Source: Felis catus
Taxonomy: Eukaryota
Direction of reading: 5' to 3'
NCBI RefSeq assembly: GCF_018350175.1
Contig: NC_058383.1
Location: forward strand, 17,176,001 to 17,240,000
DNA length: 64,000 bases
In this document: piece by piece, positions 1 through 13,061 of the stretch
Layout: each line of letters begins with the position of its first letter
Numbering within the stretch: the first letter of the stretch is position 1
Position numbers and translations under genes: made by a program
The notes under the pieces: model-generated
Seen by the model: the letters and a program-made list of their open reading frames with translations, nothing else
Told to the model about the DNA's origin: nothing
Databases searched by the model: none

Positions 1-68
1 AGATTCTAAAAATCCAGTACTGGGAGAATTGATCTGGCAGCTCTGAGGATGCTGAATTAGAAAGGGAA

Positions 69-526
69 AGGGGCACCTGTGTAACTCAGTTAAGTGCCCG
101 ACTTCGGTCATTATCTCACGGTTTGTGGGTTTGAGCCCTGTGTTGGGCTCTGTGCTGACAGCTCAGAGTCTAGAGCCTGCTTTGGATTCTGTGTCTCCCT
201 CTCTATGCCCCTCCCCCCTCTCAAGAATAAATAAAACATTTTTTAAAAATTTAAGAAACAGACAGAGGGGCACCTGGGTGACTCAGTCGGTTGAGCGCCA
301 GACTTCGTCTCAGGTCATGATCTCATGGTTCATGAGTTCAAGCCAAGCATGGGGCTCTATGCTGACAGTGCAGAGCCTGCTTGGGATTTTCTGTCCCCCT
401 CTCTCTCTGCCTCTCCCCCCACTTTCACTGTCTCTCTCTCTCAAAAATAAATAAACGTTAAAAAAGAAAGGAAGGACACCAAGGAAGAGAGAGAGAGAAA
501 GAAACAAACAAGGAAAGGAAGAAGAG

Positions 527-557
<31 letters not shown>

Positions 558-570
558 AAAGAAAGAAAAG
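69..570 (+). mobile_element. Two tandem Can-SINEs ending in a (GAAA)n tail (intron 14)
   Basis: tRNA-derived head ggggcacctgggtg..ctcagtcggtt, (CT)n tract and A tail. Confidence 0.9.
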
Positions 571-623
571 TACACATCAGCAAAGAGGCTACTGTCATGA
601 CAGGGACAGTGACCTGGCCTCAC

Positions 624-836
624 CTGGCTGTGGGAAGGGCTAATGCCCGGTCTTGAGGTTCCATGAAATAGGTAAACAGCACCCCGGTTCTCCTGCTCTC
701 CTGGGGCCCCAATGGCCACATCTGTCAGCTTGTCTCCATTCACATCTCCCAGCGCTGTCAGGGCTGCCCCAAAGCGGCCCCAGGGGTGGCCCTGCACCCC
801 ATGGAGAACAGTCTCACATTGCCATCTAGCCCTCTG
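624..836 (-). CDS. ITGAM: ITGAM exon 14 (213 nt, or 210 nt from 833): (Q)[70 protein letters not shown]
   Basis: Tandem acceptor ttcag|cag|agg and donor |gtgagg; DVNGD Ca-binding loop. Later exons lie outside the window. Confidence 0.97.
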
Positions 837-924
837 CTGAACAAAAACAGTGTCAGGTCCCAACCTGGGCAACTCCCAGCTCATGCCCAGGCCCCACCCA
901 GCCCAGACCCCATCAGCTACTCAC

Positions 925-1065
925 CCCCCGAGGCAAGGGGCACACAGACACCTGGCCCCCCCTTGTCGGCTCGTAGTAATGGGGGGCCCCAATAAGGACC
1001 AGGTCAGAGCTGCCATCTTTGTCCATGTCCACAGAGCAGAGGGAGGCCCCAAAGTAGGAGCCAAT
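925..1065 (-). CDS. ITGAM: ITGAM exon 13 (141 nt): [47 protein letters not shown]
   Basis: ttcag| ... |gtgagt; Ca-binding DxDxDG loop and FG-GAP. Confidence 0.97.
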
Positions 1066-2869
1066 CTGAAAGAGATGAGTCCAGGATCACACATATATCT
1101 CTTGCCACCAAAATCAAAGTGTGAGTGTTTTCTTCCTGTGAAGGAAAATAATTTCAGCCAGGGAAAGCCCTTTGGAGCAAATGTGATCTTCCATATGATT
1201 CAAATTCTCATTTGAGTGTACTGCTAGCTAGAGAAAAATATAGAGTTGATGGGCATTGGCTGAGGATTTACCCCAAATGGTGTTCCAAGGAGATGATTAA
1301 TATAGCAAAGAAGAAGTTGGATTGGAAACTACACAGAAAAGCCTGGAAGAGCACACAGGATATCTTTGCAATATATTGTAAATCTCTGTGGGTGGGGATG
1401 GGGATAAAAAATTCAAAGTTGATTGTCCTGCTAGTAAGGAATCAACTGGCTTAGATTAAAAATAACTATTGCTACAGGTTTTTTTGCATGATATTGAGAA
1501 GTACTGTCTATCTTTTAAAATAGTTTTTAAAGTATGTTCTAAAAAATATGTTTAATGTCAATATGTAGAATTCATCAACAAAATTCATCCGTTTATTCAT
1601 TCATTCATTCATTCATTCAACAGCAAGTATTTGCTATTTGCTAAGCATAAGTCTGTGTAGTGGAAAAACAGTGTCCTCCAGAGCTCTCAGTACAGCAGAG
1701 TGGAGCAGAGGGAAATAGTAACAGATAAACAGGGAGGAGTATTTAGCAATTTCAAACGGGCGCAAGTTCTAGGAAGGAAAAGTGCAGGGGACGTCACACA
1801 TGACTCACTGCAATCTGATTTCTGCCCCACACACAATTGAAGGAGACCTCACTAATGTCCCAATAAAGGCATTTAAGCTTTAACCTAAAGTCAATAGGAT
1901 TTTTTTGTCTTTAGGTTAAGTTGATTAGGGTATAACTGGCATACAATAAAGTTCAAGCTTTTTTTTTAAGAGAGAGAGAACACAAGCAGGGGAGAAGGGC
2001 AGAGGAAGAGAGACAGAGAGAAGCTTAACCAGGCTCCACACTCAGCGAGGAGCCCAACATGAAGCTCGATCCCACAACCCTGGGATCATGACCTGAGCTG
2101 AAATCAAGACTCTGACACTTAACCAACTGAGCCACCCAGACACGCCTATTTCAGACTTTTTAGTATAGTTTTATAAGTTTTGAAAACACATAAAGTCATG
2201 TAACCACCACCAATGATCAAAATATATGTTTCACCACTCCCAAAATATTCCCTCATACCCTGCTGTAATCAACCGCTTCCTTCAAACACCAACTCCTGGC
2301 AACCACTGCTCGATTTTCTGTCCCTATAGTTTTGGCTTTTCCAGAATGTTATATATATGCCATTATATAGTATGTAACCTTTCACGTCTGGCTCCTTTCA
2401 CGTATAATAAAGCATTTAAGATGTAGTCATGTTGTTCTATCAGTAGTCCATTCCTTTAAATTTCCAGTATTTCTGATATTCCATTGTATGGATGTACCAC
2501 AGTTTGTTGATTCATTTTCCAGTTGAGGGACACTTGGATTGTTTCTAGTTTTTGACAATTATGAATACCACCAGTAGAAACATTCACATACAGTTTTTCA
2601 TGTATACATCTCTTTTTATTTCTCTTACATAAATACCTAAAAGTGGGATTACTAATATGGTAACTGCATATTGAACTTTATAAGATATTGACAAACTGGT
2701 TCCAAAGTAGGCATGCTATTTTTCATTCAGATGGCAATGTTTTAGTTATTGCATACCCTTGCCGGTACTTGGTATTACCAATTTATTTCCTTATGTTAAT
2801 CATTCTAATAAGTATGCAGTAGTATCTCATTGTGGTTTTAATTTGCATTTCCATAATGATTAATGACAT

Positions 2870-5800
2870 GCGATTGCTAATCAGAGAGAACAGAGTTCCC
2901 ATACTAGAGACTGGGCAGCTGGGTTATGCCATTTTCACCGCTCCCACGCATGAACAACAATCCACCCCAGTAGGCTAGTAGCGCCATCTAATGGAGAATG
3001 GAGATGTTACACTGAGTCCTGCCCAACTGGGTCAACCTCACTCTTCAAGAACACAAGTCTCACCACCTGCTTAGTTTATGGACTATAAAGCGCTACATGG
3101 TCTAATGTATAGGGGAAAACAAAGTAATATCAGTCCTATTTCAATCTGTTAGTAGGTCCATCTGTTCAATTTTCTTTCTTTCTTTTTCTTTGTTTTTTCT
3201 CTTTTACACTATTCTTTTTCTTGAATAAAGAGAAAAAATTCATTTTTATTTTCAATTTCTACTAAAAATATTTTTCTTTAATTTTTTACTATATTTTTTG
3301 TTTTTATGTAAGTTTTCTCAAATTCTATTTTACTTCCATCATTTTATTTTATTTATTTTTTATTTTTTTATTTTTGGGACAGAGAGAGACAGAGCATGAA
3401 CGGGGGAGGGGCAGAGAGAGAGGGAGACACAGAATCGGAAACAGGCTCCAGGCTCTGAGCCATCAGCCCAGAGCCCGACGTGGGGCTCGAACTCACGGAC
3501 CGCGAGATCGTGACCTGGCTGAAGTCGGAAGCTCAACCGACTGCACCACCCAGGCGCCCCCATCATTTTATTTTAGTCTACTACAGTGTACTCACTTTTT
3601 CAAATTTTCAAATGATTTTTTTTCTCTTTTTTCTTTTTTGTTTCTTTTCTTTTTCTTGAATACATAAAGAGAAAATTTCATTTTCATTTTTACTTCTTAT
3701 TAAAAATGTTTTTGTTTAATTTTTTCCTACTATATTCTTTACTTTTGTGTAAATTTTTTCAAATTCCATTTTACTCCCATCATCTCATTTTAGCATACTT
3801 CACTGTATTCATTTTTTCAAATTCTCAAACGATTTCCTTCCCCTCACTTTTTTTCTCTAATCTGTCAAACCACTGTCAACACCCAGACCAAAACACATCT
3901 AGGATCTAGCATCATTTATTAGATTTGTGTGTGTGTGTATGTTTTAATTTTTTAATTTTAATATTTTTAACTTTAATTTTTTTATTTTAATTTTTCTACC
4001 TCATTAATTCATTTTCTCCATTCAAAATGACAAAATGAAGGAATTCACCCCAAAAGAAAGAGCATGAAGAAACAACAGCCAGGAATTTAACCAACACAGA
4101 TACATGCAAAATGTCTGAACTAGAATTTACAATCACGATAATAAGAATACTAGATGGAGTCAAAAATAGATTAGAATCCCTTTCCGTGGAGATAAAATGA
4201 GTAAAAAAAAATAGAATGAAATTAAAAATGCTATAACTGAGCTGCAATCATGGATGGATGCAGTGGCCCCAAGGATGGATGAGGCAGAACAGAGAACCAG
4301 CGATACAGAAGACAAACTTACAGGGAATAATGAAGTAGAAAAAAAGAAGGAGATTAAGGCAGAAGAGTATGATTTAAGAATTAGAGAAATCAGTGACTCA
4401 TTAAAAAGTAACAACATCAGAATCATAGGGGTCCTAGAAGAGGAACAGAAAGAAATAGCGGTAGAAGGGTTATGTGAGCAAATAATAGCAGAAATTTTCC
4501 TAACCTGGGGAAAGACACAAACATCAAAATCCAGGAAGCACAGAGGACCCCCATTAGATTCAACAAAAACCGACCATCAAAAAGGCATATCATAGTCAAA
4601 TTCACAAAATACTCAGGCAAGGAGAGAATCATGAAAGCAGCAAGGGAAAAAAAGTCCCTAACCTACAAGGGAAACAGATCAGGTTTGCAGCAGACCTATC
4701 CACAGAAACTTGGCAGGCCAGAAAGGAGTGGCAGGATATATTCAATGTGTTGAATCAGAAAAACATGCAGCCAAGAATTCTTTATCCAGCAAGGCTGTCA
4801 TTCAAAATAGAAGGAGAGATAAAAAGTTCCCCAGACAAACAAAAGTTAAAGGAGATTGTAACCACTAAACCAGCCCTGCAAGAAATTTTAAGGGGGACTC
4901 TCTGAGGGGAGAAAAGATGGGAAAAAAAACATAGATAGATGATAGATAGAGAAATAAATAAATAAATAAATAAATACCAAAAGCAACAAAGTTTAGAAAG
5001 GACCAGAAAACACCACCAGAAACTCCAACTCTACAAGCATCATAATGGCAATAAATTCATATATTTCAGTACTCATTCTAAACGTCAATGGACTCAATGC
5101 TCCAATCAAACGATATAGGGTAACAGAATGGATAATAAAACAAGATCCATCTATATGCTGTTTCCAAGACCCACTTTAGACCTAAAGACACCTTCAGATT
5201 GAAAATAAGGGGATGGAGAACCATCTATCATGCTAATGGTCAACAAAAAAAGCCAGAGTAGCCATATTTATATCAGACAATCTAGAATCTGCATCTAGAG
5301 ATGCAGAAGGACATTATATCATAATCAAGGGGTCTATCCACCAAGAAGACCTAACAATTGTAAACATTTATGTGCCAAATGTGGAGGCACCCAAATATAT
5401 AAATCAATGAATCACAAACATAAAGAAACTCATCAATAGTAATACCATAATAGTAGGAGACTTCAACACCCCACTCATAGCAATGGACAGATCATGTAAT
5501 CAAAAAATCAACAAGGAAACAATGGCTTTGAATGACACACTGGACCAGACGGACTTAACAGATATATTCAGAACATTTCTTCCCAAAGCAGTAGAATATG
5601 CATTCTGCTCCAGTGCACTTGGAACTTTCTCCAGAATAGACCATATACTGGGACACAAATCAGCCCTAAGTAACTACAAAAAGATCAACATCATATGGTG
5701 CATATTTTCAGACCACAATGCTATGAAACTTGAAATCAACCACAAGAAAAAATTTGGAAAGGTAACAAATACTTGGAGACTGAAGAACATCTTACTAAAG

Positions 5801-8800
5801 AATGAATGGGCTAACCAAGAAGTTAAAGAGGAAATTAAACAGTATATGGAAGTCAATGAAAATGATGACACCACCACCCAAAATCTCTGGGATGCAGCAA
5901 GGCGGTCATATGAGGAAAGTATATAGCAATCCAGGCCTTCCTAAAAAAGGAAGAAAGATCTCAGATACACAACCTAACCTTACGCCTTAAGGAGCTGGAA
6001 AATGAACAGCAAATAAAACCCCAAACCAGCAGAAGACAGGAAATAATAAAGATCAGAGCAGAAATTAATGATATCGAAATCGAAAAAACAGTAGAACAGA
6101 TCAGTGAAACCAGAAGCTGGTTCTTTGAAAGAATTAACAAAATTGATAAGCCACTAGCCACTTTGATCAAAAAGAAAAAGGAAAGGACCCAAATAAATAA
6201 AATCAAGAATGAAAGAGGAGAGATCACAACCAACACAGCAGAAATAAAAACAATAATAAGAGAATATTATGAGCAATTATATGCCAATAAAATGGGCAAT
6301 CTGGAAGAAATGTACAAATTCCTAGAAACATATACACTACTGAAACTGAAACAGTAAGAAATAGAAAATTTGAACAGACCCATAACCAGTAAGGAACTCG
6401 AATTAGTAATCAAAAATTTGCCAAAAAACAAGAGTCCAGGGCCAGATGGCTTTCCAGGGGAATTCTACCAAACATTTAAGAAAGAGTTAACACCTATTCT
6501 CTTGAAGCTCTTCCAAAAAATAGAAACAGAAGGAAAACTTCCAAACTCTTTCTATGAAGTCAGAATTACCTTGATTCCAAAACCAGACAGACACCTCACT
6601 ACAAAGGAGAACTATAGACCAATTTCCCTGATGAACACGGATGCAAAAATCCTCAACAAGGTATTCGCCAACCAGATACAACAATACATTTAAAAAATAT
6701 TTTCACCACGACCAAGCGGGATTTATACCTGGGATGCAGGGCTGGTTCGATATCCACAAAACAATTAATGTGTTTCACCACATCAATAAAAGAAAGGACA
6801 AAAACCATATGATCCTCTGAATAGATAAAGAGAAAGCTTTTAACAAAATACAGCATCCTTTCTTGATAAAACCCCTCAAGAAAGCAGGGATAGAAGGAGC
6901 ATACCTCAAGATCATAAAAGCCATATATGAATGACCCAACGTTAATATCATCCTCAATGGGGAAAAACTGAGAACTTTCCCCTTAAGGTCAGGAACAAGA
7001 CAGGGATGTCCACTCTCGCCACTGTTATTCAACATAGTATTGGAAGCCTTAGCCTCTGCAATCAGAAAACACAAAGAAATAAAAGGCGTCCAAATCAGCC
7101 AGGAGGAGGTCAAACATCCACTCTTCGCAGATGACATGATACTCTATATGGAAAACCCAAAAGATTCCACCAAAAAACTGCTAGAACTGATTCATGAATT
7201 CATCAAAGTTGCAGGATATAAAATCAATGCACAGAAATTGGTTGCATTCCTATACACCAACAATGAAGCAACAGAAAGAGAAATCAAGGAATCGATCCCA
7301 TTTACAGTTGCACAAAAAACCATAAAATACCTAGGAATAAATCTAACCAAAGAGGTGAAAAATCTATACACTGAAAGAAAGCTTATGAAAGAAATTGAAG
7401 AAGACACAAAGAAATGGAAAAGGATTCCATGCTCCTGCATACGAAGAACAAATATTGTTAAAATGTCAATACTACCCAAAGCAATCTACATATTCAAGGC
7501 AATCCCTTTCAAAATAATACTAGCATTCTTCACAGAGCTAGAACAAATAATCCTAAAATTTGTATGGAACCAGAAAAGACTCCAAATAGCCAAAGCAATC
7601 TTGAAAAAGAAAACCAAAGCAAGAGGCATCACAATCCCAGACTTCAAGCTATACTACAAAGCTGTAATCATCAAGACAGTATGGTACTGGCACAAGAACG
7701 GACACTCAGATCAATGGAACAGAATAGAGAACCCAGAAATGGACCCACAAATGTATGGCCAACTAATCTCTGACAAAGCAGGAAAGAATATCCAAGGGAA
7801 TAAAGACAGTCTCTTCAACAAGTGGGGCTGGGAAAACAGGACAGTGACATGCAGAAAAATGAACCTGGACCACTTTCTTACACCATACACAAAAATAAAC
7901 TCAAAATGGATGAAAGACCTCAATATAAGATAGAAAGCCATCAAAATCTTCGAGGATAAAGCAGGCAAAAACCTCTTTGATCTTGGCTGCAGCAACTTCT
8001 TACTCAACACGTCTCTGGAGGCAAGGGAAACAAAAGCAAAAATGAACTACTGGGACCTTATCAAAATCAAAAGCTTCTGCACAGCGAAGGAAACAATCAG
8101 CAAAACTAAAAGGCAACCGACAGAATGAGAGAAGATATTTGCAAACGACATATCAGATAAAGGGTTAGTATCCAAAGTCTACAAAGAACTTATCAAACTC
8201 AACACCCAAAAAACAAATATCCAGTGAAGAAATGGGCAAAAGACATGAATAGACAATTCTCCAAAGAAGACATCCAGATGGCCAACCGACACATGAAAAA
8301 ATGCTCAACATCACTCATCATCAGGGAAATACAAATCAAAACCACAATGAGATATCACCTTACACCTGTCAGAATGGCTAACATTAACAACTCAGGCAAC
8401 AACAGATGTTGGCGAGGATGCGGAGAAAAAGGATCTCTTTTGCATTGTTGGTGGGAATGCAAGGTGGTGCAGCCACTCTAAAAATCAGTATGGAAGTTCC
8501 TCAAAAAACTAAAAATAGAACTACCCTATGACCCAGCAATTTCACTACTAGGCATTTATCCAAGGGATACAGGTGTGCTGTTTCGAAGGGACACATGAAC
8601 CCCCATGTTTATAGCAGTACTATCAACAATAGCCCAATATGGAAAGAGCCCAATGTCCATCGATGGATAAATGGATAAAGAAGATGTGGTATATATGTAC
8701 AATGGAGTATATATGTACAATGGAGCAATCAAAAAGAATGAAATCTTGCCATTTGCAACTACGTGGATGGAACTGGAGGGTATTACGCTAAGTGAAATTA

Positions 8801-9106
8801 GTCAGAGAAAGACAAAAATCATATGACTTCATTCATATGAGGACTTTAAGAGACAAAACAGATGAACATAAGGGAAGAAAAACAAAAATAATATAAAAAC
8901 AAGAAGGGAGACAAAAGAGAAGAGACTCATAAATATGGAGAACAAACTGAGGGTTGCTGGAGGGGTTGTGGGAGGGGGAATGGGCTAAATGGGTAAGGAG
9001 CACTAATGAATCTACTCCTGAAATCATTGTTGCACTATATGCAAACTAATTTGGATGTAAATTTTAAAAAATAAAAAATAAAACAAGTTAATAAAAATAA
9101 AAAATA
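2870..9106 (+). mobile_element. Near full-length carnivore LINE-1 in intron 12, antisense to ITGAM; ORF1 (ATG 4027) and ORF2 (ATG 5045) disrupted
   Basis: ORF fragments cover ORF1p, the endonuclease and RT (FADD); 3'UTR and A tail present; several stops and frameshifts. 5' boundary approximate. Confidence 0.93.
3352..3559 (-). mobile_element. Young SINEC_Fc nested in the L1 5'UTR
   Basis: CpG-rich; TSD ccatcattttatttta on both sides. Confidence 0.93.
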
Positions 9107-9195
9107 AATTTCCAAATGTTCATTGGTAGTATAGAAATGCAAATGATTTTTATATATCCATCTTGTAACCTAAGAACTTACTGAAATAGCTTATT

Positions 9196-9474
9196 TTTTA
9201 ATATGAAATTTATTGTCAAATTGGTTTCCATACAACACCCAGTGCTCATCCCAAAAAGTGCCCTCCTCACTACCCATCACCCACCCTCCCCTCCCTCCCA
9301 CCCTCCATCAACCCTCAGTTTGTTCTCAGTTTTTAAGAGTCTCTTATGTTTTGGCTCTCTCCCTCTCTAACCTCTTTTTTTTTTCTTCCCCTCCCCCATG
9401 GACTTCTGGTAAGATTCTCAGGATCCACATAAAAATGAAAACATATGGTATTTGTCTTTCTCTGTATGACTTAA
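9196..9474 (-). mobile_element. 5'-truncated L1_Fc-type 3' end with 14-bp TSD
   Basis: TSD tgaaatagcttatt at 9182-9195 and 9475-9488. Confidence 0.9.
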
Positions 9475-9489
9475 TGAAATAGCTTATTA

Positions 9490-10550
9490 ATTATAGGAGC
9501 CTTTTTTGTAGATTCTTTAGGATTTTCCATGCAACATGTAATCCGCAAATAAGACAGTTTTATTTTTTTCCTTTCCACTCTGTATGCTTTTTTCCCCTTT
9601 TTCTTGTCTTGTTGCACTGGTTACATCTGTCAGTACAAGGCTGAATAGGAGTGGTAAAAGTGAATATTCTTTTCTAGTCATTCTAGTGATATCTCTATTG
9701 TGGTTTTGATTTGTCTTTCACTAAAAACTAATAATGTTGAACATCTTTTCATGTGCCTATTGGCCATTTGTATATATCCTCTTTAGAGAAATGTTTGTTC
9801 AAATCTTATACCCATTTTTAAATTGCATGTTTTGTCTCTTTATTGTTGAGCTGTAAGAGTTCTTTATATATTCTAAATACCAGATCTTTATCAGATATGT
9901 GGTTTATAAATAGTTTCTTCCATCCTTTTCATTTTCTTGATAGTGTCCTTTGATGCTCAAAAGTTTTCAATCTGATGAAGCCAAATTTATCTATTTTTTC
10001 TTTGTTTTATTGTTCTTGTGGTTTTATATCCAAGAAACCACTGCCAAATCTAAAATTACAAAAATTTACCTATGAGTCCTTCTAAGAAGTTTATAGCTTT
10101 AGTTCTTACATTTAGGTCTTTGATCTATTTTGAATTAATTTTTGTATATTTTGAGGTAGGAGATATCCAGTTATCCCAACACCATCTGTTGAAAAGATTA
10201 TTTTTCCCTATTGAATGAACTTGGTACCTTTGTCAAAAATCAATTGATTATAGATGTATAGGTTTATTTCTGGACCCCTCGTCCTATTCCATTGACCTGT
10301 AGGTCTATCTTTACACTGATACCACACTGTCTTGATTATTGTAGATTGGTAGTAGGTTTTGACATTGGAAATTCTTCTTTTTCAAATATTTTGACTATTC
10401 TGGGTCCCTAGCATTTCCATGTGAACTTTATAATCAGCTTGTCCATTTCTGGAACATTATTGAACAAGCCCTGCATTCATGGGATTAACTACACTTGATT
10501 GTGATGCATTATCATTTTTATAGATTTAAATTTTTATTGAATATTGGTCT
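9490..10550 (-). mobile_element. Old L1M-type fragments (also 2150-2865 and 9107-9180)
   Basis: Degenerate antisense L1 ORF2/3' sequence; boundaries approximate. Confidence 0.75.
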
Positions 10551-11492
10551 GCAGTCAACAGCAAGTGTTTTAAACTGAAGATTGATATCAACAGTTTCTC
10601 ATTTAGAAAGTTCACTCTCCCTCTATGGATTAAAGAGAGGAAACATAAGACTTTGGGAGACCCACAGGAACCTAAAGCTAGGTCCAAGGAAATGATGGCA
10701 TGGACCAGGCTGATTTCATTAGAAATGGAGGGAGTGATAGATTTGACATTAATCTAGTTCTTCCCAGTGTTTTCACCCACACTCCCCAAAACCCCAATAC
10801 ACACACTCTGAACTGTGTCTCATGCTCTCTCCTTCCTTTGGCCCTCTTCTTTCCACATTCTTCATTTCTCTAGTTCTTCCACATCAATTGTCACTTTCTC
10901 TAGGAAACTTTCCTTAACATCCTTGTGTGAATATCCCTCCCATTTACTCTCATAACACTCAGACTGTCCCAGTTTAGTATTCATCATCCTTGATTCTAAT
11001 TTGCATGTGTAATACCTGTGTATGGTAAAAGAGTTGACCATCCAGCCTTCTCCATGTAATTCTGGACCACACACACTTAAAACAGAGAAGTAGCATCACA
11101 TTCACACTTGACTTCCTAGAATTCCCCTATGTATTCTCCCCCACCCTACCCCTTATATGTGTCAGGCACTGATGCCTATGTTTTATGTGTTGATAAAAAC
11201 TATGAAAAGACCATATGAAGAATTTGACTATGGCAAAGAATTATGACAAGCTGTTCAGGTATCAGAGCAATCAGGTATCCACATATGATGCATTAATTGC
11301 AGACCAAAGTGAGCCAGTGATAAAAATGAAAGGAATACACACAGAACTACAGACACGAGTGCAACCCTATTTCAGGAATTTTCAAGGATAATTTGAACTA
11401 GAAACTTTTGTGTCTCACACCACATATGATGCTACACATAAGATGCAACCACACTGCTTTTTCAGGGTGATATTCAAAATATTGAACTGCTA

Positions 11493-11950
11493 GGGGCACC
11501 GGGGTGACTCAGTGGGTTAAGGGTCCTACTTCGGCTCAGGTCACGATCTCATGGTTCATGAGTTTAAGCCCCACATCAGGCTCTGTGCTGACAGTGCAGA
11601 GCCTGGAGCCTGCTTCAGATTCTGTGTGTGTGTGTGTGTGTCTCTCTCTCTCTCTGCCCCTCCCCCGCTCACACTCTGTCTCTCTCTCCTTTTCAAAATT
11701 AAATAAACATTTTAAAAAATCAAAATATTGGGGCGCCTGGGTGGCGCAGTCGGTTAAGCGTCCGACTTCAGTCAGGTCACGATCTCGCAGTCCGGGAGTT
11801 CGAGCCCCCCGTCGGGCTCTGGGCTGATGGCTCAGAGCCTGGAGCCTGTTTTCGATTCTGTGTCTCCCTCTCTCTCTGCCCCTCCCCCGTTCATGCTCTG
11901 TCTCTCTCTGTCCCAAAAATAAATAAACGTTGAAAAAAAAATTTTTTTAA
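11493..11950 (+). mobile_element. Two tandem Can-SINEs; the second is young
   Basis: Target tcaaaatattg occurs three times (11474, 11720, 11951). Confidence 0.93.
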
Positions 11951-12468
11951 TCAAAATATTGAACTGTTAGGATTGCTCAGGCACTGACTATGGGCTTAGA
12001 TGAAGTAGGTCCAAAAGGTCCCCTGAGATGCCCTGTCTCACCTCATAGTTGTTGAATCTTGGGGAAGTTCAAAGAATAATGAGGAAGAGACCAGAGTGCA
12101 AGGGAGGGGGAAGAAAGCATTAATCTAAGGAAAGCATCTATTGATTGACAGATATGGAATTATTTCCATATTCTAATAACTAATATGGCTATACTGGTTA
12201 TGTACTGGTTAAATACCAGCTCTTTGCACAGGGAGACTCACAGAAAGCTCTGCACAAGTCAAGTGTCATTATTTATTGTAGTTAGAAAAGTGAAAACACA
12301 ACATTCTCAAATACAAAGCTTATTCTTGTGACTGTCCAGCTCAAAGCCCTCTGAAAGCTCCTTTACAAAACTCTGATACACATAGCACCTGGTGATGCCC
12401 ATACTGGAATGTCAAGCTCCCAGGGTGCCTCTGTTTGCACATTTATGCTCCACATACTCTGCACTTAC

Positions 12469-12611
12469 CTGGCTACCCTTGATAACAGTGTTGGTCTCCC
12501 AGGTACCAGCATTCTCTCTAAACATCACCACCAGGCCAGTGTGCTGATATCGAGGTGCCCCAAGAACCAGATTTTGCACCCTGCTCCTCCATATGACTTC
12601 GGCAGCATAAC
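12469..12611 (-). CDS. ITGAM: ITGAM exon 12 (143 nt): GYAAEVIWRSRVQNLVLGAPRYQHTGLVVMFRENAGTWETNTVIKGSQ
   Basis: ttcag| ... |gtaagt; FG-GAP repeat. Confidence 0.97.
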
Positions 12612-12897
12612 CTGAAGATGGTGATCTGAGAGGATAAGTGCTTTCCTTCACAGACTCAGCCCCCTCTAGGAGACCTATCCTTAGAGTAGGGGCACTGCAG
12701 TAGCCCCATGCTTAGTAGGTTGGGATAACTGGACCCTGCACTATATCCCCCTTTTTTAACATAACTAAAATGAAATTTTGAAATTTCTGTCTTTAAATTT
12801 ATTCCAAGGGCCTTTGAACGATCCAGTGATGTCTATGCTAGTTGAGGTATGCCCTATCAAGACCCCTTCTTAGAGTTACCCTGCCGTCTCCACTTAC

Positions 12898-13027
12898 CCA
12901 AGTAAGCATCATTCATGTCTGAATCTACCCTGGTTGTGTTGATGAAGGTGAATTTGTCCTTTGACACATACAGAAAAGCTCCACCAGCCCAGTCAAAGCT
13001 TCCCACAGCACCTAGCAAGAGATCATT
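12898..13027 (-). CDS. ITGAM: ITGAM exon 11 (130 nt): NDLLLGAVGSFDWAGGAFLYVSKDKFTFINTTRVDSDMNDAYL
   Basis: cccag| ... |gtaagt; DSDMNDAYLG is typical of ITGAM. Confidence 0.97.
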
Positions 13028-13061
13028 CTGGGAAAGAAGGTAGAACAAGATTGAGCAACAT

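Noticed and set aside
8690..8726. 18-bp tandem duplication atatatgtacaatggag(t/c) within L1
   Set aside because: A real but ordinary slippage or repair event in a dead element.
11730..11810. tRNA genes
   Set aside because: The A/B-box sequences are the tRNA-derived heads of Can-SINEs, followed by (CT)n and A tails.
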